46,335 bases of DNA from assembly GCA_000697335.1 (NCBI GenBank), contig JNEM01008705.1, forward strand, positions 1 to 46,335, given 5' to 3'. This DNA comes from Conidiobolus incongruus B7586. Lineage: Eukaryota. Position numbers and translations under genes: made by a program. Under the pieces are notes generated by a model. It did not search any database and was not told the DNA's origin. It saw only the letters and a list, made by a program, of their open reading frames with translations. Position 1 is the stretch's first letter. Each line of letters starts with the position of its first letter. Of this stretch, positions 1 through 12,981 are shown piece by piece.

Positions 1-1350
1 TATATACACTATATGATAATAATTTATATACCTTGACAATAATTTCCATCAAATGGGTTCCCACTTGATCCTTTAAAACCGTGTCGACGAATGGATTCCT
101 CTGCTTTTTAACCTGTTCCAATTCGTCAGAAATTTCATCTTTACTAGGAATACCCATGAGTAATCTATCGACAAATTTGTCCAACTTTTTAATATCATTT
201 TGAGAGTGTAAAATCTTTAAGAGAAGTTGGAGGACTGGGGATGCCACTTTGTGTAGAACTGCACTACGTAAGATGGTTTCGTTAATATCATCTATTAATT
301 CTTTGAAAATGTTTTGGAGTAAGTATTGGAATGAGGCTGGAGTACGATAGAGTGGTTTTAATGTCATTTCCTAAATAAATCATTAATACTATTAAATTAG
401 ATAGATAAAAGATCAAAACTTACAGCAATGGCACTAGCCTTATGCTCCTTAAGATACTTGGCAGATTTCTTACTTCTCACTGTTGACGGACCACTCTGAT
501 TGGTGTTATCGGTATCTAAGTTTTTACCAACCAAGACTTGCAACAAGATTCTGAGGACATGAGAAGCGAAAGGATCAAAAATAAATGAACTCCATCTGGA
601 TGTCATTTGCTCACAAAAATCGGAAATCATATCTTCAATGGTGAATTCGATTTCTTCGTGGGGATCGTTTTCGTCTTTGGTGGATTGGAATTCACCTTTG
701 ATCTATTCAAATTATCTCATTAAATATTATTATAATTGTATTATTTCAAAATAATTACATGTAAATCGACAATATCAGCACTTAAAGTCAAAATAGTCTG
801 AATAACGTGAGAACCAAATCTATGTGTCAAGATGCTCAACAATCTAATCGCCTATCAATTAATACTAATCAAACAAAACAATTAATTCAATATACCTTGG
901 TTGATATATCTTAAACAATTCAACAGTCCTAGTCTTAGGAGCTACCTTTAAAAACTTCTCTAAAAATACGGAGCCTTCATGATGCACAATCAGTGAAAAT
1001 TCGTGACCTTTGATCTCTTCGAAAATGTTAGTTATAATAATATCGAATTCTTCTCTCTGTTCTTCGTTTAATTTTTCAATAGTGGTTTTTTCCAAAAGAG
1101 TGTCAATTTTCTCTTCCATCTGTTTCAAATACGATATGACATTGGGATCTGGGAGACCGAAATCACAGGGTTGGATATCATTGTAAGCTGAGTCGTAATC
1201 TTCATAATTGTTTTGATCGTAGGTTTCATTCTGATTATAATCCTGAGTTTCTCGACGTTCACCAATTGGTATTAAATTGGGATCATCTTCGGGCTGTGTA
1301 GATTTTTTATTTTTTGAATGTCTTCCTCTTCTACGATTATCTCTAGGCAT
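1..1350 (-). CDS. NOP9: Nucleolar protein 9 (Pumilio/PUF-repeat 18S rRNA maturation factor), multi-exon, 3' end lies outside the window
   Basis: N-terminus MPRDNRRRGRHSK; PUF-like motifs HHEGSVFLEKFL, THRFGSHVIQT (exon ~759-850) and DPFASHVLRILL. GT-AG introns join the ORF-track pieces 865..1350 and 397..630; a further donor near nt 31 shows the gene continues off-window. Confidence 0.88.
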
Positions 1351-1464
1351 TTTTTAAATTTAAATTATATATATATATATATATATTGTTTTTTTAATTA
1401 TTCAGTAAAATTGTTAGATTTGGGAATTTTTCATCTCTTTAAATATACAAAATCTTAATAAAAG

Positions 1465-1475
1465 TTATGGGATTT
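1465..1475 (-). promoter_or_regulatory. Recurring upstream element AAATCCCATAA (NOP9 copy)
   Basis: TTATGGGATTT on + strand, about 115 nt upstream of the NOP9 ATG; the same core sits at similar distance before other genes. Confidence 0.55.
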
Positions 1476-1892
1476 AACCAGATAAATTGAATTATAAATA
1501 TATCAATTTTCAATCTAAACATTATATTTAAACCAAAAATATATATAACCATTATTTTGTATCGATATTAAATGATATTTGCTATTATATCTTGACATTT
1601 ATAGTTCATTGTTTATAATACTTATTTAAAATATATAAAAATTAATCTATTTTCGATAGATTTTTATAATATATAAATTTAATTATTGTATTTTTAATTA
1701 AAAATTTATTTTAGTTGATAAAAATAATTTGAATTAGAAAAGAAATTAATGAATTTCATTAGAATTAAAATAAATAATGGATAATTTGCTGAACATTGAA
1801 TATATTTATAAAAATAAATAAAAAAGAATAATTTTAAGATAACTTGTTAAATTTAAATATTTAATAATATCTCTAATCAAATTTTAGATCGA

Positions 1893-2523
1893 TTACATAT
1901 TGTGACGTACCCAATAATCTATAGCTGCCGAAAAGGCGGCAAAACCGACACATCCCGGTATCACTGCACTAGGTCCAGCTAAATTTTGTATATTAATATA
2001 TAAGGAATATATATATTATAATATAAACTTTTTACCTCTAGCCGATAAAATCCCACCAGTAACACAACCAGCATAAACGCTATTATATAAATCGGACTTG
2101 GCACGATACTAAACCAGTCATAAATACTCACACCAATTTTCAATAATAACAAATCTTACCGATTCAATAATACATTCTGTAGTAGAATAAACAGCACCAA
2201 CAATTGCGAAATTCTTAGCGGACGACCATGATCTCTGAGCCATATCCTTAGCCATAATTTTCAACTGGACTTTGCTACTCTGACTGTGGAGGTCGGGGTT
2301 CATAGAGGGTCCCGCAAAGTCCAAAGAACTCATGAAGAGACCAAAAATACCACCGAGAGCGAAACCTATAGAATTATTTAAATATCTATATATATTAACG
2401 TTATTGGGAATTATATTTACCACCACCACCTGCTAATACTGTTTTAAAAGCGCAATACTTATCTAACTCTAGAGCTTCGAACTCTTCGGGAGTTTGAGGT
2501 AATCTGAACTCATTATTACTCAT
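1893..2523 (-). CDS. TIM22: Mitochondrial inner membrane translocase subunit Tim22, 4 exons
   Basis: Spliced translation MSNNEFRLPQ...YCAFKTVLAGGG/GFALGGIFGLFMSSLD...SWSSAKNFAIVGAVYSTTECIIES/YRAKSDLYNSVYAGCVTGGILSAR/AGPSAVIPGCVGFAAFSAAIDYW; Tim17/22/23-family glycine motifs and both conserved Cys. Confidence 0.93.
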
Positions 2524-2648
2524 ACTTGAATATATTAATTAATTATATAATTTAATATTATTTCTATTTTAAAATTTATTTTTTATACCATTATTCACTA
2601 TTAACTAGTAATAATAAACTTAAAAGAATAGCTCATTTTTAATAAAAA

Positions 2649-2659
2649 TTATGGGAATT
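2649..2659 (-). promoter_or_regulatory. Recurring upstream element AATTCCCATAA (TIM22 copy)
   Basis: TTATGGGAATT about 126 nt upstream of the TIM22 ATG. Confidence 0.55.
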
Positions 2660-4508
2660 TGTACTCAACTTTTGGCTAATTGGAGGTGTTAATGAATTTT
2701 GTTAGAATTAAAATAGGGTGTGTATTAAATGTTGTAGTTTTAATGTGCCATTTGAGCTCATTGTTTCCATTTTATTAATGCCTTAAAAATTCCTATTCAA
2801 TTTTTGGATGCTTTAATAGTGAATAAAATAATTTAGCTTTCGAAAATTGTTTGATTGAATTGAAATATTTTGATTTTGGTTTTGGATTCAAGAGTTTTAT
2901 TTGCTATATTTTTAATATTGATCTAAAGACTTGTCATATAATAATTAAGACAGAACAATGTCATCAAAGTAATAATCAAATGATCAAGATTTAATTGGTA
3001 AGAAATTATTCAGTCATAAGGAAAAAGCAATCATTCAAATAATATTATTTTCAACTAAAATATACAACCCTAAGGTTTTAATAATTTACATTGATTCATG
3101 ATGTAATATATTGCATCTATTTTAGTATATATGTTTATTTTAAAACGAACAAAAGCTTATATATTAAGGCTTCAAGCACTAATATAAGTTTATAGTTAAT
3201 AAATAAACTTTTAATGAGGTTGAAATAATATCGAATCAATACTTCTGAAAAATAAATGGTTTTACAAACAGTCAATATTAACCTGAAGATATAAGTTGAA
3301 CTCAATGTTTGGATTTATATTTCATTAAAATGGGTAAAAATAAAAATGAATATCAATAATAATTGACTCTAAAAGTAATTCAAATTCAGTTGGATTGATA
3401 TTATTTTACTATTTAAAAATTAGCTTTTCTGTTTTTTAACTTATCAAGTAACTTAAATACAAAATAATAGAAAAATATGAGTTGAAGTTTATTGAATAAT
3501 ATCCAACCATTCAAGTTTTTCATTTATTATAGATCCCTAGGAAGATCACTCAAATAAAATGATTAAATAAAATAACCAATATGAATCAGCTCGCTATTTC
3601 CAAAAAATCAATTAAAGCTCCCAAGACCATTTTCAAATTTACAGCTACAATTTTGATATATGAATAAAAAAATTGTTTTTAATCATTGCCTCAATATTAC
3701 GCTAATTTCAAATCAATTCTTATAATTTCCTTTGTTATTAATATTATCTTGTTGAAAAATGATGGTAAAATTAATTCAATATGTTGATTAAACTATTCAT
3801 CAATTTTTTAGCTTTAGTAAAGTAGATTGTTTTTACATTTTATAACATATATCTTTTATCATTATCATATTATCAAACTAAAGTACAAAATTCAAAATTA
3901 TGGATTTTTATTGGTAGATTGAAATCATTCTTTAAAGATTGTTATTGAGAATAAATCATAATTTTCAAAATATAGTCAAGTATTTGTATTATAGCTAGAA
4001 TTTCATAGTTGATTAAGTATATAATTATAATTTTTCATTTCATTATTGAGTGATAATAAGGGCCAATGTAAATATCTTTCAGATACATCTGGATTGATTA
4101 TATAAGCTTTATCAATAAAGATATCACATTAAATCAATAGATTGAGATTATAAATTTATCTATAAGAAAAATATATAATACAATATTATAGAATACTATC
4201 CTATTATAATAATTTGATAATAATAATACCAAAAATTCATTCTTGATATCAATTCGTAGTTTAAATTTTTAAATAATTTTGATTAAAATTATTTAAAAAT
4301 TATCAATTTAAACGACATAAATTTAATCATTTTAATTGGTTCAATTTCCACCGTAATAAATAGTTTATAAATTGAAACAAGCATTTTAAAAAACCAGTGA
4401 CGAAATCAATGATTCATTACCTCAATATATTATAAATACCCCTTAATACCCAAATTCAAATTTTTTTTTACAATTTTTTTTGTTAATAATTAACTACTTC
4501 CAACAAAT

Positions 4509-5901
4509 ATGACAGACATTCAGCCCAGCAACAGTGATCAGAGATCCGAATGGTACGAAATCTTTATCGATAGGGGCTATATACCCGATTCAATATTACG
4601 TTATGGTATTAGAGCACTTTTGAACAAGCGTTTGCAAAACATTTCGAGAACTACTTTGGAGAACACTCAGTTGAGAAAGATGAAATTTGTTAGGAAGTTG
4701 CAAGAAAGTCCAGTAGCTATTCATACTGATAAGGCTAATGAACAGCATTATGAGGTATTTTGGATTGGATATAGTTTTTATATTAGGCTAATTTTAGGAT
4801 GTTTTAGGTGCCTACAGAATTTATGAAATTGACTTTGGGGCAGAGAATGAAATATTCGGGTTGTTTATTTGATCAACGTAATTTATTATATAATATTAAT
4901 ATTTATTAATTGATATTTTATAATATAATGAATAGCTAATATGACATTGGATCAAGCTGAAGAAAGAATGATGGAATTGTATTGCGAACGCGCTGAATTG
5001 GAAGATGGTATGAAGTTATTGGACTTGGGATGTGGTTGGGGCAGTTTGGGACTGTTTTTGGCTGAGGTAATTTACATCCAATATATTTTAATAATGATAT
5101 ATTTTATTATTATATAGAAATATCCTAATTCTCAAGTCACATGCCTATCCAACTCATCAACCCAAAAAATTCACATTATGGAAGTAGCTAACCAAAAGGG
5201 CCTCAGTAATATCAACGTCATCACTGGAAATGTCCTGGATTTTGACTTTGACAAAAAACCAGAGTAAATCCATCTCGCATCTTATATTTATATGACTAAC
5301 TCCACAGTAGATTCGATCGTATTCTGACAATCGAAATGCTAGAACATATGAAAAACTATATGGAGTTATTCCAAAAATTGAACCATTGGCTAAAGCCTGG
5401 TGGTAAATTGTTTGTACATATCTTCTGTCATAAGTCAATTCCGTACGATTTTGACGTAAATGAGGATAACTCTTGGATGGCTAGATACTTTTTCACTGGT
5501 AATTTTATATATTATATAACGAGCATAATTGTTAACAATTGTTAGGTGGTACTATGCCAAGTTTAGATTTGTTCCTATACTTTCAGCACCATTTCACTTT
5601 GAAGAATTTATGGTATGTTAACGGCATCAACTATGGTATATATAATTCAAGCTTATTTTAAACCTAAATAATCAATTTAATTTAATTAGCTAAAACATGC
5701 AGAGCCTGGCTTAAGAAATTGGACAAAAACTACAGCAAATCCATTGAACATCTGACCAAATGCTACGGCAGCAAAGACGACGCTATTATATGGTTCTACA
5801 GATGGCGCGTTTTCTACATATCATGCGAAGAACTTTTTAATTTTAATGATGGTGAAGAATGGGGTATTGGTCATTATCTATTCACCAAAAAGAATTTTTA
5901 A
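4509..5901 (+). CDS. SAM-dependent methyltransferase of the cyclopropane-fatty-acyl synthase (CMAS) / coclaurine N-methyltransferase-like family, 7 exons
   Basis: Spliced motifs [20 protein letters not shown]-binding [70 protein letters not shown]; six GT-AG introns keep the frame. Confidence 0.9.
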
Positions 5902-6180
5902 TATTCGCATTTTGAATTATTTGGTATATCTTTTATATATTAAATATTATTTATAAAAGAGTTATTATATTATTATCATTAATTAGTATTGGTTTTTATA
6001 ATTTATATTCCTTATGAATAGGATTATATTCTATCAATTTTTACAATATATAAATAATCATCAATATTTAACTTTAATACAAATCATATTTAAGATAAAT
6101 AATATGAACATGTAAAAATGAATAATGAATAAAATATTAATTAGTATGGATAAAAATCAAATCAATTGTTTTCATCCGAG

Positions 6181-6253
6181 TGCCTTCTACCAGAATCGAA
6201 CTGGTGACCTTCCGCTTACTAGGCGGACGCTCTGCCAACTGAGCCAAGAAGGC
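6181..6253 (-). tRNA. tRNA-Thr (anticodon AGT), intronless
   Basis: Reverse complement GCCTTCTTGGCTCAGTTGGCAGAGCGTCCGCCTAGTAAGCGGAAGGTCACCAGTTCGATTCTGGTAGAAGGCA folds as a cloverleaf: acceptor GCCTTCT/AGAAGGC, anticodon arm TCCGC-CTAGTAA-GCGGA, T-loop GTTCGAT. Confidence 0.97.
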
Positions 6254-6580
6254 TTGTTCACATCTCTATTTCCAATGGTATATTATTTATAATATATAAT
6301 TCCATATTTTTACTCATTCGCACCTTATAATTTATCTCTAGTATATTTTAATTTTCATCACTCCAAAATTATTTTTCGATGAATTATTTTTCTCATTATT
6401 TTATTTTTAATATCATTTTCCTCATTTTTTTTCATTGCAATTTATCTAATATATTTCTTTCTTCCATACTAGTCATTTATATTTTATATTAATTTTATTA
6501 TTTTTTATTTATTTCAGTTTTTAATATTTTATTTTTTTATAAAATTTTTTACTTAATTATTAAAATAAATTAATTAAAAA

Positions 6581-6591
6581 TAAACCCATAA
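6581..6591 (+). promoter_or_regulatory. Variant upstream element TAAACCCATAA (CLP1 copy)
   Basis: About 90 nt upstream of the CLP1 ATG, on the sense (+) strand. Confidence 0.45.
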
Positions 6592-6680
6592 TATTAATTT
6601 CAATATTAACTAAATTAAATTCTATCTTATTGATTTAACTCAATAATCATTTTAATAATTTTTTTTAAAAAAAATACCAT

Positions 6681-8367
6681 ATGAGTAATTCTAACAATAC
6701 TCAAAGTTGGGAATTAACACCGGAGCAAGAACTTCGTGTTGAATTCGATACAGATGTAGCTACCTTAAAAGTAATAAACTGAATAAATAGCCTAATTTAT
6801 CAATTGTTAATTTATTTTTTTTATTTTATTATTTCTTAGTTAATTAAAGGCACTGCAGAAATTTTTGGCATTGAGTTGGGACTGAACATCGAGTACAAGT
6901 TCAATTTGGATAAAATAGCCATATTCACATGGGAAGGTTGTACTTTAGAAATTTCAGGTCCAGTGAGTGTGGCTTACGTCGCTGATGAAACTCCTATGTC
7001 TGTTTATTTGAATATGCACTTAAGTTTGGAAAATTTGAGAACAAAGGCCGAACAGAATAAAACTTCGGGTCCTAGAGTAATTTTTTTAGTTTTTTTATTA
7101 CTAGAAATTTCTTATTGGGATTTAGGTGCTATTGGTAGGTCCTAACGATAGTGGTAAAACTTCTCTGGCTAAAATTTTATTGCATTATGGCGTTAGACAG
7201 GGTCGAGAGCCTCTGTATATTGATTTGGATAGCACTGAAGTAAGTATTATTTAATTTCCAATGAAAGTGGTTATTAATTGGATTTTGAGGGCTCTTCTGT
7301 TGTGACGGGTGCTTTAAGTGTCACCTCCATCAACCATTTACCGGATGTATATAATGGCTTTGGTACAATTGTCAACTCTGCTTCATCTGACAAGGCTGGT
7401 GGATCTATTCCTCTTGTATATTACCATGGATTTGAATCGCCAGCTGATAATCCCAAACTTTATAACCTTCAGATCGAGCAATTGGCAAAAGCTGTCCAGA
7501 AACGTATGGATCATGATCCTCAAGCTAAAGTTTCAGGCTGTGTAATTGATACATGTGGTTTAATTGATACTATGGGATTGACATTTTTAACTCATATTAT
7601 CAATACATTGCAAGGTATATATAATCAACTTTTGGCATTTATTAATATTCTAACAATGCTTTCTAAACAGTTACCGTGGTAGTAGTAGTTGGACACGAAA
7701 GACTATATAGTGAAATAGTCAAATCCACTTCAACTATGCCCAATGTCACCACTTTAAAGTTACCCAAATCAGGAGGAGTAATTTTTTAACATATATGTAT
7801 CAAATCGCTTGAAATTAACCCATGCTTTTAGGTCGTTAACAGAGACGAGTCCTTCCGTCGAAAAGTGTTAATGAATCAGGTGAAACAGTATTTCTATGGT
7901 AATTTCAAATATGATTTATGTCCATTTTCCAACGTGATTAGTTTCAACAATGTTGAAATTTATAGAGTTGGAGATTGTAAGTATATCTTTGGTTGATTTT
8001 AACTTTTTATTAATTATTTGATAGCTGTTTTAGCTCCTACTTCAGCACTTCCTGTTGGAACCGATCGGATTGTGAGTGAAACTCGAATCGTTAAGGTAGA
8101 CCCCAAACCATCTCTACTTCACTCTGTATTGGCTGTAAGTAGTTCTCAATCCGACAATGAAACCGAATTACTCACATCCAATATTCTTGGATTTATCTAT
8201 GTGTAACTATTTATACTTCATTCTAATAATCTCACCAAATTAACGACTTTTTTATTAGATCTGAAATTAATGAAAATCGCAAAACAATGACCATTCTAGC
8301 TCCAAACACCAGCCCATTACCTTCTAAATATTTAATAATGGGAGCTCTCAAATGGATTGAAACTTAA
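6681..8367 (+). CDS. CLP1: mRNA cleavage and polyadenylation factor / polynucleotide kinase Clp1, multi-exon
   Basis: [42 protein letters not shown]-loop [58 protein letters not shown]; ends [11 protein letters not shown] at 8367. Confidence 0.93.
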
Positions 8368-8915
8368 TTCATCAAATTTGTTACAACAGTATTCAAAAAC
8401 AATATTGTTTAAGCTTTAACAAAATAAAAATCACAATAACCAATTTTGAACTTAAATCAAGTTTATATTATTTGAAATTTTTAAATCAATTTTAAGTTTA
8501 TTAGCAATGAATATGATGTAATTATAAAGTATCATAGCATATTTGAAATATAATTTAAAAAATTGAATAAAATATTCTTATAATATTATATTCATATCTT
8601 ATGATATTTGATTAATCAACATAGAAACTGTTAAATTACTTGAATTTCAAATAGAATTCTAAATTGAAATACTTATCTAATGATCTTGATATATAAATAA
8701 TAAAAATAGGATATTTATCGCGTAATCAGTAATAGAATTAATGAAATATTTACCTATTCAATAGATAAAGATGATAGTTATAAAATATATTGAATTGAAT
8801 AATGAAATAATTTTAATAAATAATACATCATACTGATAAAAAAACAATATTTATGCTAAATAAATTACCAATAATAGCGAAATTTAATTCAAAATAACAA
8901 TTTCAAATATTTTTT

Positions 8916-9495
8916 TTACAAAGTTCTAAGTATCAAATGAATACCACTGTCACTATAAACGGGCTGACTCAATTCACCCACTTGAAGCGCTCTAGTAGCG
9001 TTCTCAAAGGCTGCCTGCATTTGACCAGGGTAGAAGGTACCCAAGTCGCCACCTCTCTTGGCACTTGAACAGTCCGAAAACTGCTCCGCCAACTGTTCGA
9101 ATGTAGCAGCGCCGGAAGTGATCTGGTCGCGGTACCCTTGAATAATTTGCAAAGCTTCTTCTGGTGTGCGAGTGATAATTGCCTAAAATATTATGAATAT
9201 TAATAAATACAATAATTAATAAAGCATTTACCTCTCTCCATGAAGAAGGTCTACGACTTTGGTTATGTTTAACTAATAAGTGACGAGCTCCCAACAATTG
9301 GGAATTGGGACCATCAAACTGGGGTCTTTCCCAAACACTTTCACCAGTGCGAGAGTTGAAATAATAGGGTTTGTTATGACTTTGGGAGTGACGTTGCTCC
9401 CAACCAGGTGGTAATTCCGACTAACACCAAAATCATAATATTAATATTCCTATTGAATAATTATTATTTTAAATATTTTTATAAAAATTTACCAT
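8916..9495 (-). CDS. ESS1: Parvulin-type peptidyl-prolyl isomerase Ess1/Pin1 (WW + PPIase), 3 exons
   Basis: ATG (9495-9493), intron 9492-9421, WW domain [48 protein letters not shown], intron 9231-9183, [29 protein letters not shown]. Confidence 0.95.
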
Positions 9496-9605
9496 ATTTA
9501 TAAAAATTAAAAAGGATGAAATAAATAAAATTAGATAATGATGACATTTTATAAACAATTTCAAAACATTTATATAATCCGGCGATTTAGGAATTATAAT
9601 ATAAT

Positions 9606-9616
9606 TTATGGGATAT
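9606..9616 (-). promoter_or_regulatory. Recurring upstream element ATATCCCATAA (ESS1 copy)
   Basis: TTATGGGATAT about 111 nt upstream of the ESS1 ATG. Confidence 0.55.
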
Positions 9617-11729
9617 ATTTAATATAAATATAATATTTTTAACTATTATTATACTTTAATATTTAATAAAGTCCAATATTATAATTATTAAATAGTTAAA
9701 CTTGCCAATTTTATCATTAATCTTATAAAATATATATTACTCTTTTATTTAAAATTGAACATAAACACAATGCATAGGATTGAATAAATACACCAAAACC
9801 TCTAACGGAATAATTATTTAAAAAGCCACTCAAAAAAAATTCCATAATACTGTGATAATAATTAAAAATGTGATATTAAATAATATTTTAATATTCCACT
9901 TTAATACTGATGACGAATTTTATACAAATTAAATGATTTTTGAAATGAAAATTAATTAAAAATAATTTTATTTATGATTTTGAATAGTGATTATCAATGA
10001 TTCAAATTTAGAATTAGATATTAAAATGATTGAAGCTCTCAATTAATTATATAATATAATAATATTTTTGGTAGATTGTCATCAATAACAATGTGAGGGG
10101 AAATAGTCTTTTGTAAGCTATTTTAATCAGACAAGTATTTTCAATAAAGTTTTATTTGGCAAATATGAATATAATATTTAAAGCAATGATTTCATTTTAA
10201 TATATTAATATTGGATAATTGAAATGAGATTATTTTAACCTAATATTAATATACTGTGAATTTTATTTATTGAGATTGGGTTATTTGATCATTTTGTATT
10301 TAAAACTATTAAAGAAAAATTTTGAACTCAATATTGTTTTAACTATAATTTATTTAATTCAATTTTTCTTATTCGTGAAATATAGGATGTTTGAATTAAT
10401 ATATGTATATAATTAAATTGTATAGCGCTTCGATTAATTTATATATTCATATTTGATATAATCGAATTTAAAAAACTTGTATTTATATTCTAATTTATAG
10501 GCTAATTCAAATTCAAGATGTGTGCTTAATCTGGAGTTATAATATCAATCTTATATTATTTGTCAAAAAAGAAGCCATTATAAAACATTATCATGATACT
10601 TTTACTTGCTTGCATCCAAAATATTTAAAAAATGTAATTAGTATTTTGCAAATATTTTGGTTGAGCATTGTATTATAAGGAATTAATGGAATATATAGAA
10701 ATAGAATATATCAGAATAAAATCATATTTTTTAACTATATCATTGACTATCAGTCAAATAGTTAACAAGAAAATTAAAGATAAATTATTATGATAGAATA
10801 ATTCAAACAGAAAAACAAATTCTATATATTTTATATTAAATAATGACACATGACAAGATATTATTTTTTGTACTAGTAGATTTAAGATTCAATTTAAAAA
10901 TTGATTTCAATTATTAAAATGTGACTTTTATTTTTAATAAAAATTGCAACTCTGATTATAATTTTTTATTAAAAATTAAAGATATATACATTTTTTACTT
11001 AAAAATTAGGTAATATATTATAATTTTTTTTCTATATTTTGTAAATTATTATTTTTAATCATTTTTAATTAATTTAAATATAAACTTAATATAAAGTTTG
11101 AATAAGTTATTTTAATATTAATATTAATATTAATATTATTAAACATATAAAATTATGCCTAATTTTCAAAAAAAAATTTAATAGTTTTGTAATTAATTTT
11201 ATTTAAAAATTTATTTATATTTTAAATTAATTAAATTTCAAAAAAAAATTAATGAAAATTTTCATTTTAGGTTGAAAATTAAAATTTGTCTATATATGGA
11301 AATTATGACATCATAATGATAACTATCAAGAGGAGGAATTAATTTTGAGATGGTATTGTTTAAGTGTTAAACTTGACATTGTTCTGTGTAATCATTTCGG
11401 AATGATATGTCATTTATTTTTGGATTGAGGAGTGATGATGAGGTAAAATAAAAGTAGTGATAGAAGGCGATTAATACTATAATTTATGACCGTTTTCGAT
11501 TTAGTAATATATCTATAATTAACATTATTCTACGCATAAATTATTACTAAGATTTATAATTCAACTTGAAATATTATGGATTATTTTTGGATCAAGCATC
11601 GTGAAAATATTGTTCACTAACAGATTTAAACAAATATTAAATAAGAAAATAGAAAGAATAAAACTGCTGACATAATATATATTTAATGAAATAAAAATAA
11701 TATTTATATTTAGAAAATATTCAAAAAAT

Positions 11730-12981
11730 TTAACGAGATTCGGCAAATCCAACTCGGTTATTGGTTAAGTCATAAATAGAGTAGTATTTGCGGAGGAAGA
11801 CATCACCAATAATCCAAATGGGACCCAAGGGAGGAGGAATATCCAATCCAGTGAAGCCAGAAAGACATTGGCCTTGGACTTGGAGGATGTAGTCTTTACC
11901 TTCGAGATCGAACTTGTTGCCATTGAAAGTGAAAGTTAATTTGGGAAGATTGGGGATTTCAGAGCAGTCAATAGTATATTGACCATTGAAGCCCTTCTTA
12001 GCACCAATTTCTTTGTTGATCAAGTCGGAAAGAGTGGTGGGAATAACAAGAAGAGAAGAACCAGTATCAATAGCAGCACCAGTCTTTTCCAAATCCAAGG
12101 ATTCTCCATCGAATTCAACGTCTTCTAAATCGATTTCCCAGTAACCCTTACGAGTGACGGGGGCCCAGCGGACGAAGCCAGAGTAATGATCGCGGTTGAC
12201 ACCACCAAAAGTCAACTCACCACCATTGTTCTCACCACCATCAGTATTGAGCCAGAAGGAGAAGAGACCGGGAATGCCTTGCTTGACCATTTCGTAGAAT
12301 GGAGGGGTAATGTGATTGACAGCAATGGTATCGTAACCCAATCCGAAAATACCATCGAATCTACCAAAAGCGAAAGCCAATCCAGGTTCCTTGGTAGTTT
12401 CACCAAAATTGATAGATTTGACTTTGGTATTACCAACAGTTAAGTCGTCATTAGAGATAAAGCCTTCAACGGCACCAGAACCGTAGCGAATCGCGAATTT
12501 AGTATCGTTACGTTTGTATGTGCTACTCTTGCCATGGTCGTATTTGTTGTGGAAGAAACAGGCGATAGAAGAACACTTGGAAGAAGGAACCCACAAGTTT
12601 GAGGAACCAGTGTCAAAGACGACCTTGAATTTTTGAGGGGGAGTACCCATACCAATTTCACCATAGAACTAGATTTGGAATTAAATAAAAATTCAAATTG
12701 AATTGCAAAATTGAAATTACCTGAGCATTCATAAAGTTAGAAATAGGGACACCAAATTGAGCTTTGCCGTCAGCATCAATAGCAACAATATTTTGTTCAT
12801 CTCTATTGTAAGCACCAATGTACTTTTGGGCAGTGGCTTCAATATTCTCAGCCAAGCTCTCCAAAGTCATCTCATTGGGGTTAATTTTGGACAACTTGAT
12901 AGAGTGACCTTGGGGCAAGTCTTGGTCATTACAGTGGGCTAATCCCAACAAAATATTAGCTAATAAAGTTTTAATAAGCAT
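11730..12981 (-). CDS. PEP4: Vacuolar aspartic protease (proteinase A / cathepsin D-like), 2 exons
   Basis: Signal peptide and propeptide; NFMNAQ/FYGEI across intron 12720-12669; catalytic DTGSSNLW and DTGSSL motifs; EPGLAFAFGRFDGIFGLGY; WIIGDVFLRKYYSIYDL. Confidence 0.95.

Noticed and set aside
6181..8367. Functional link between tRNA-Thr and adjacent CLP1 (tRNA-splicing kinase)
   Set aside because: The tRNA has no intron, and adjacency alone is not evidence in a eukaryote.
11113..11139. (AATATT)n and (TA)n runs (1366, 15980, 33208, 36965, 46167) as CRISPR-like or structural arrays
   Set aside because: Simple slippage microsatellites without spacers.
11561..11752. Short low-complexity ORFs (also 13174..13395, 21718..21930, 30507..30692, 32576..32761)
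   Set aside because: I/N/K/F/L-rich translations typical of AT-rich non-coding DNA; 32576..32761 is an off-frame reading of the last MND1 exon.
12186..12942. Alternative-frame and antisense ORFs over PEP4 (likewise over PGM, ABCB, DOMON, ankyrin and TACC genes)
   Set aside because: Shadows of real coding sequence with no independent motifs.
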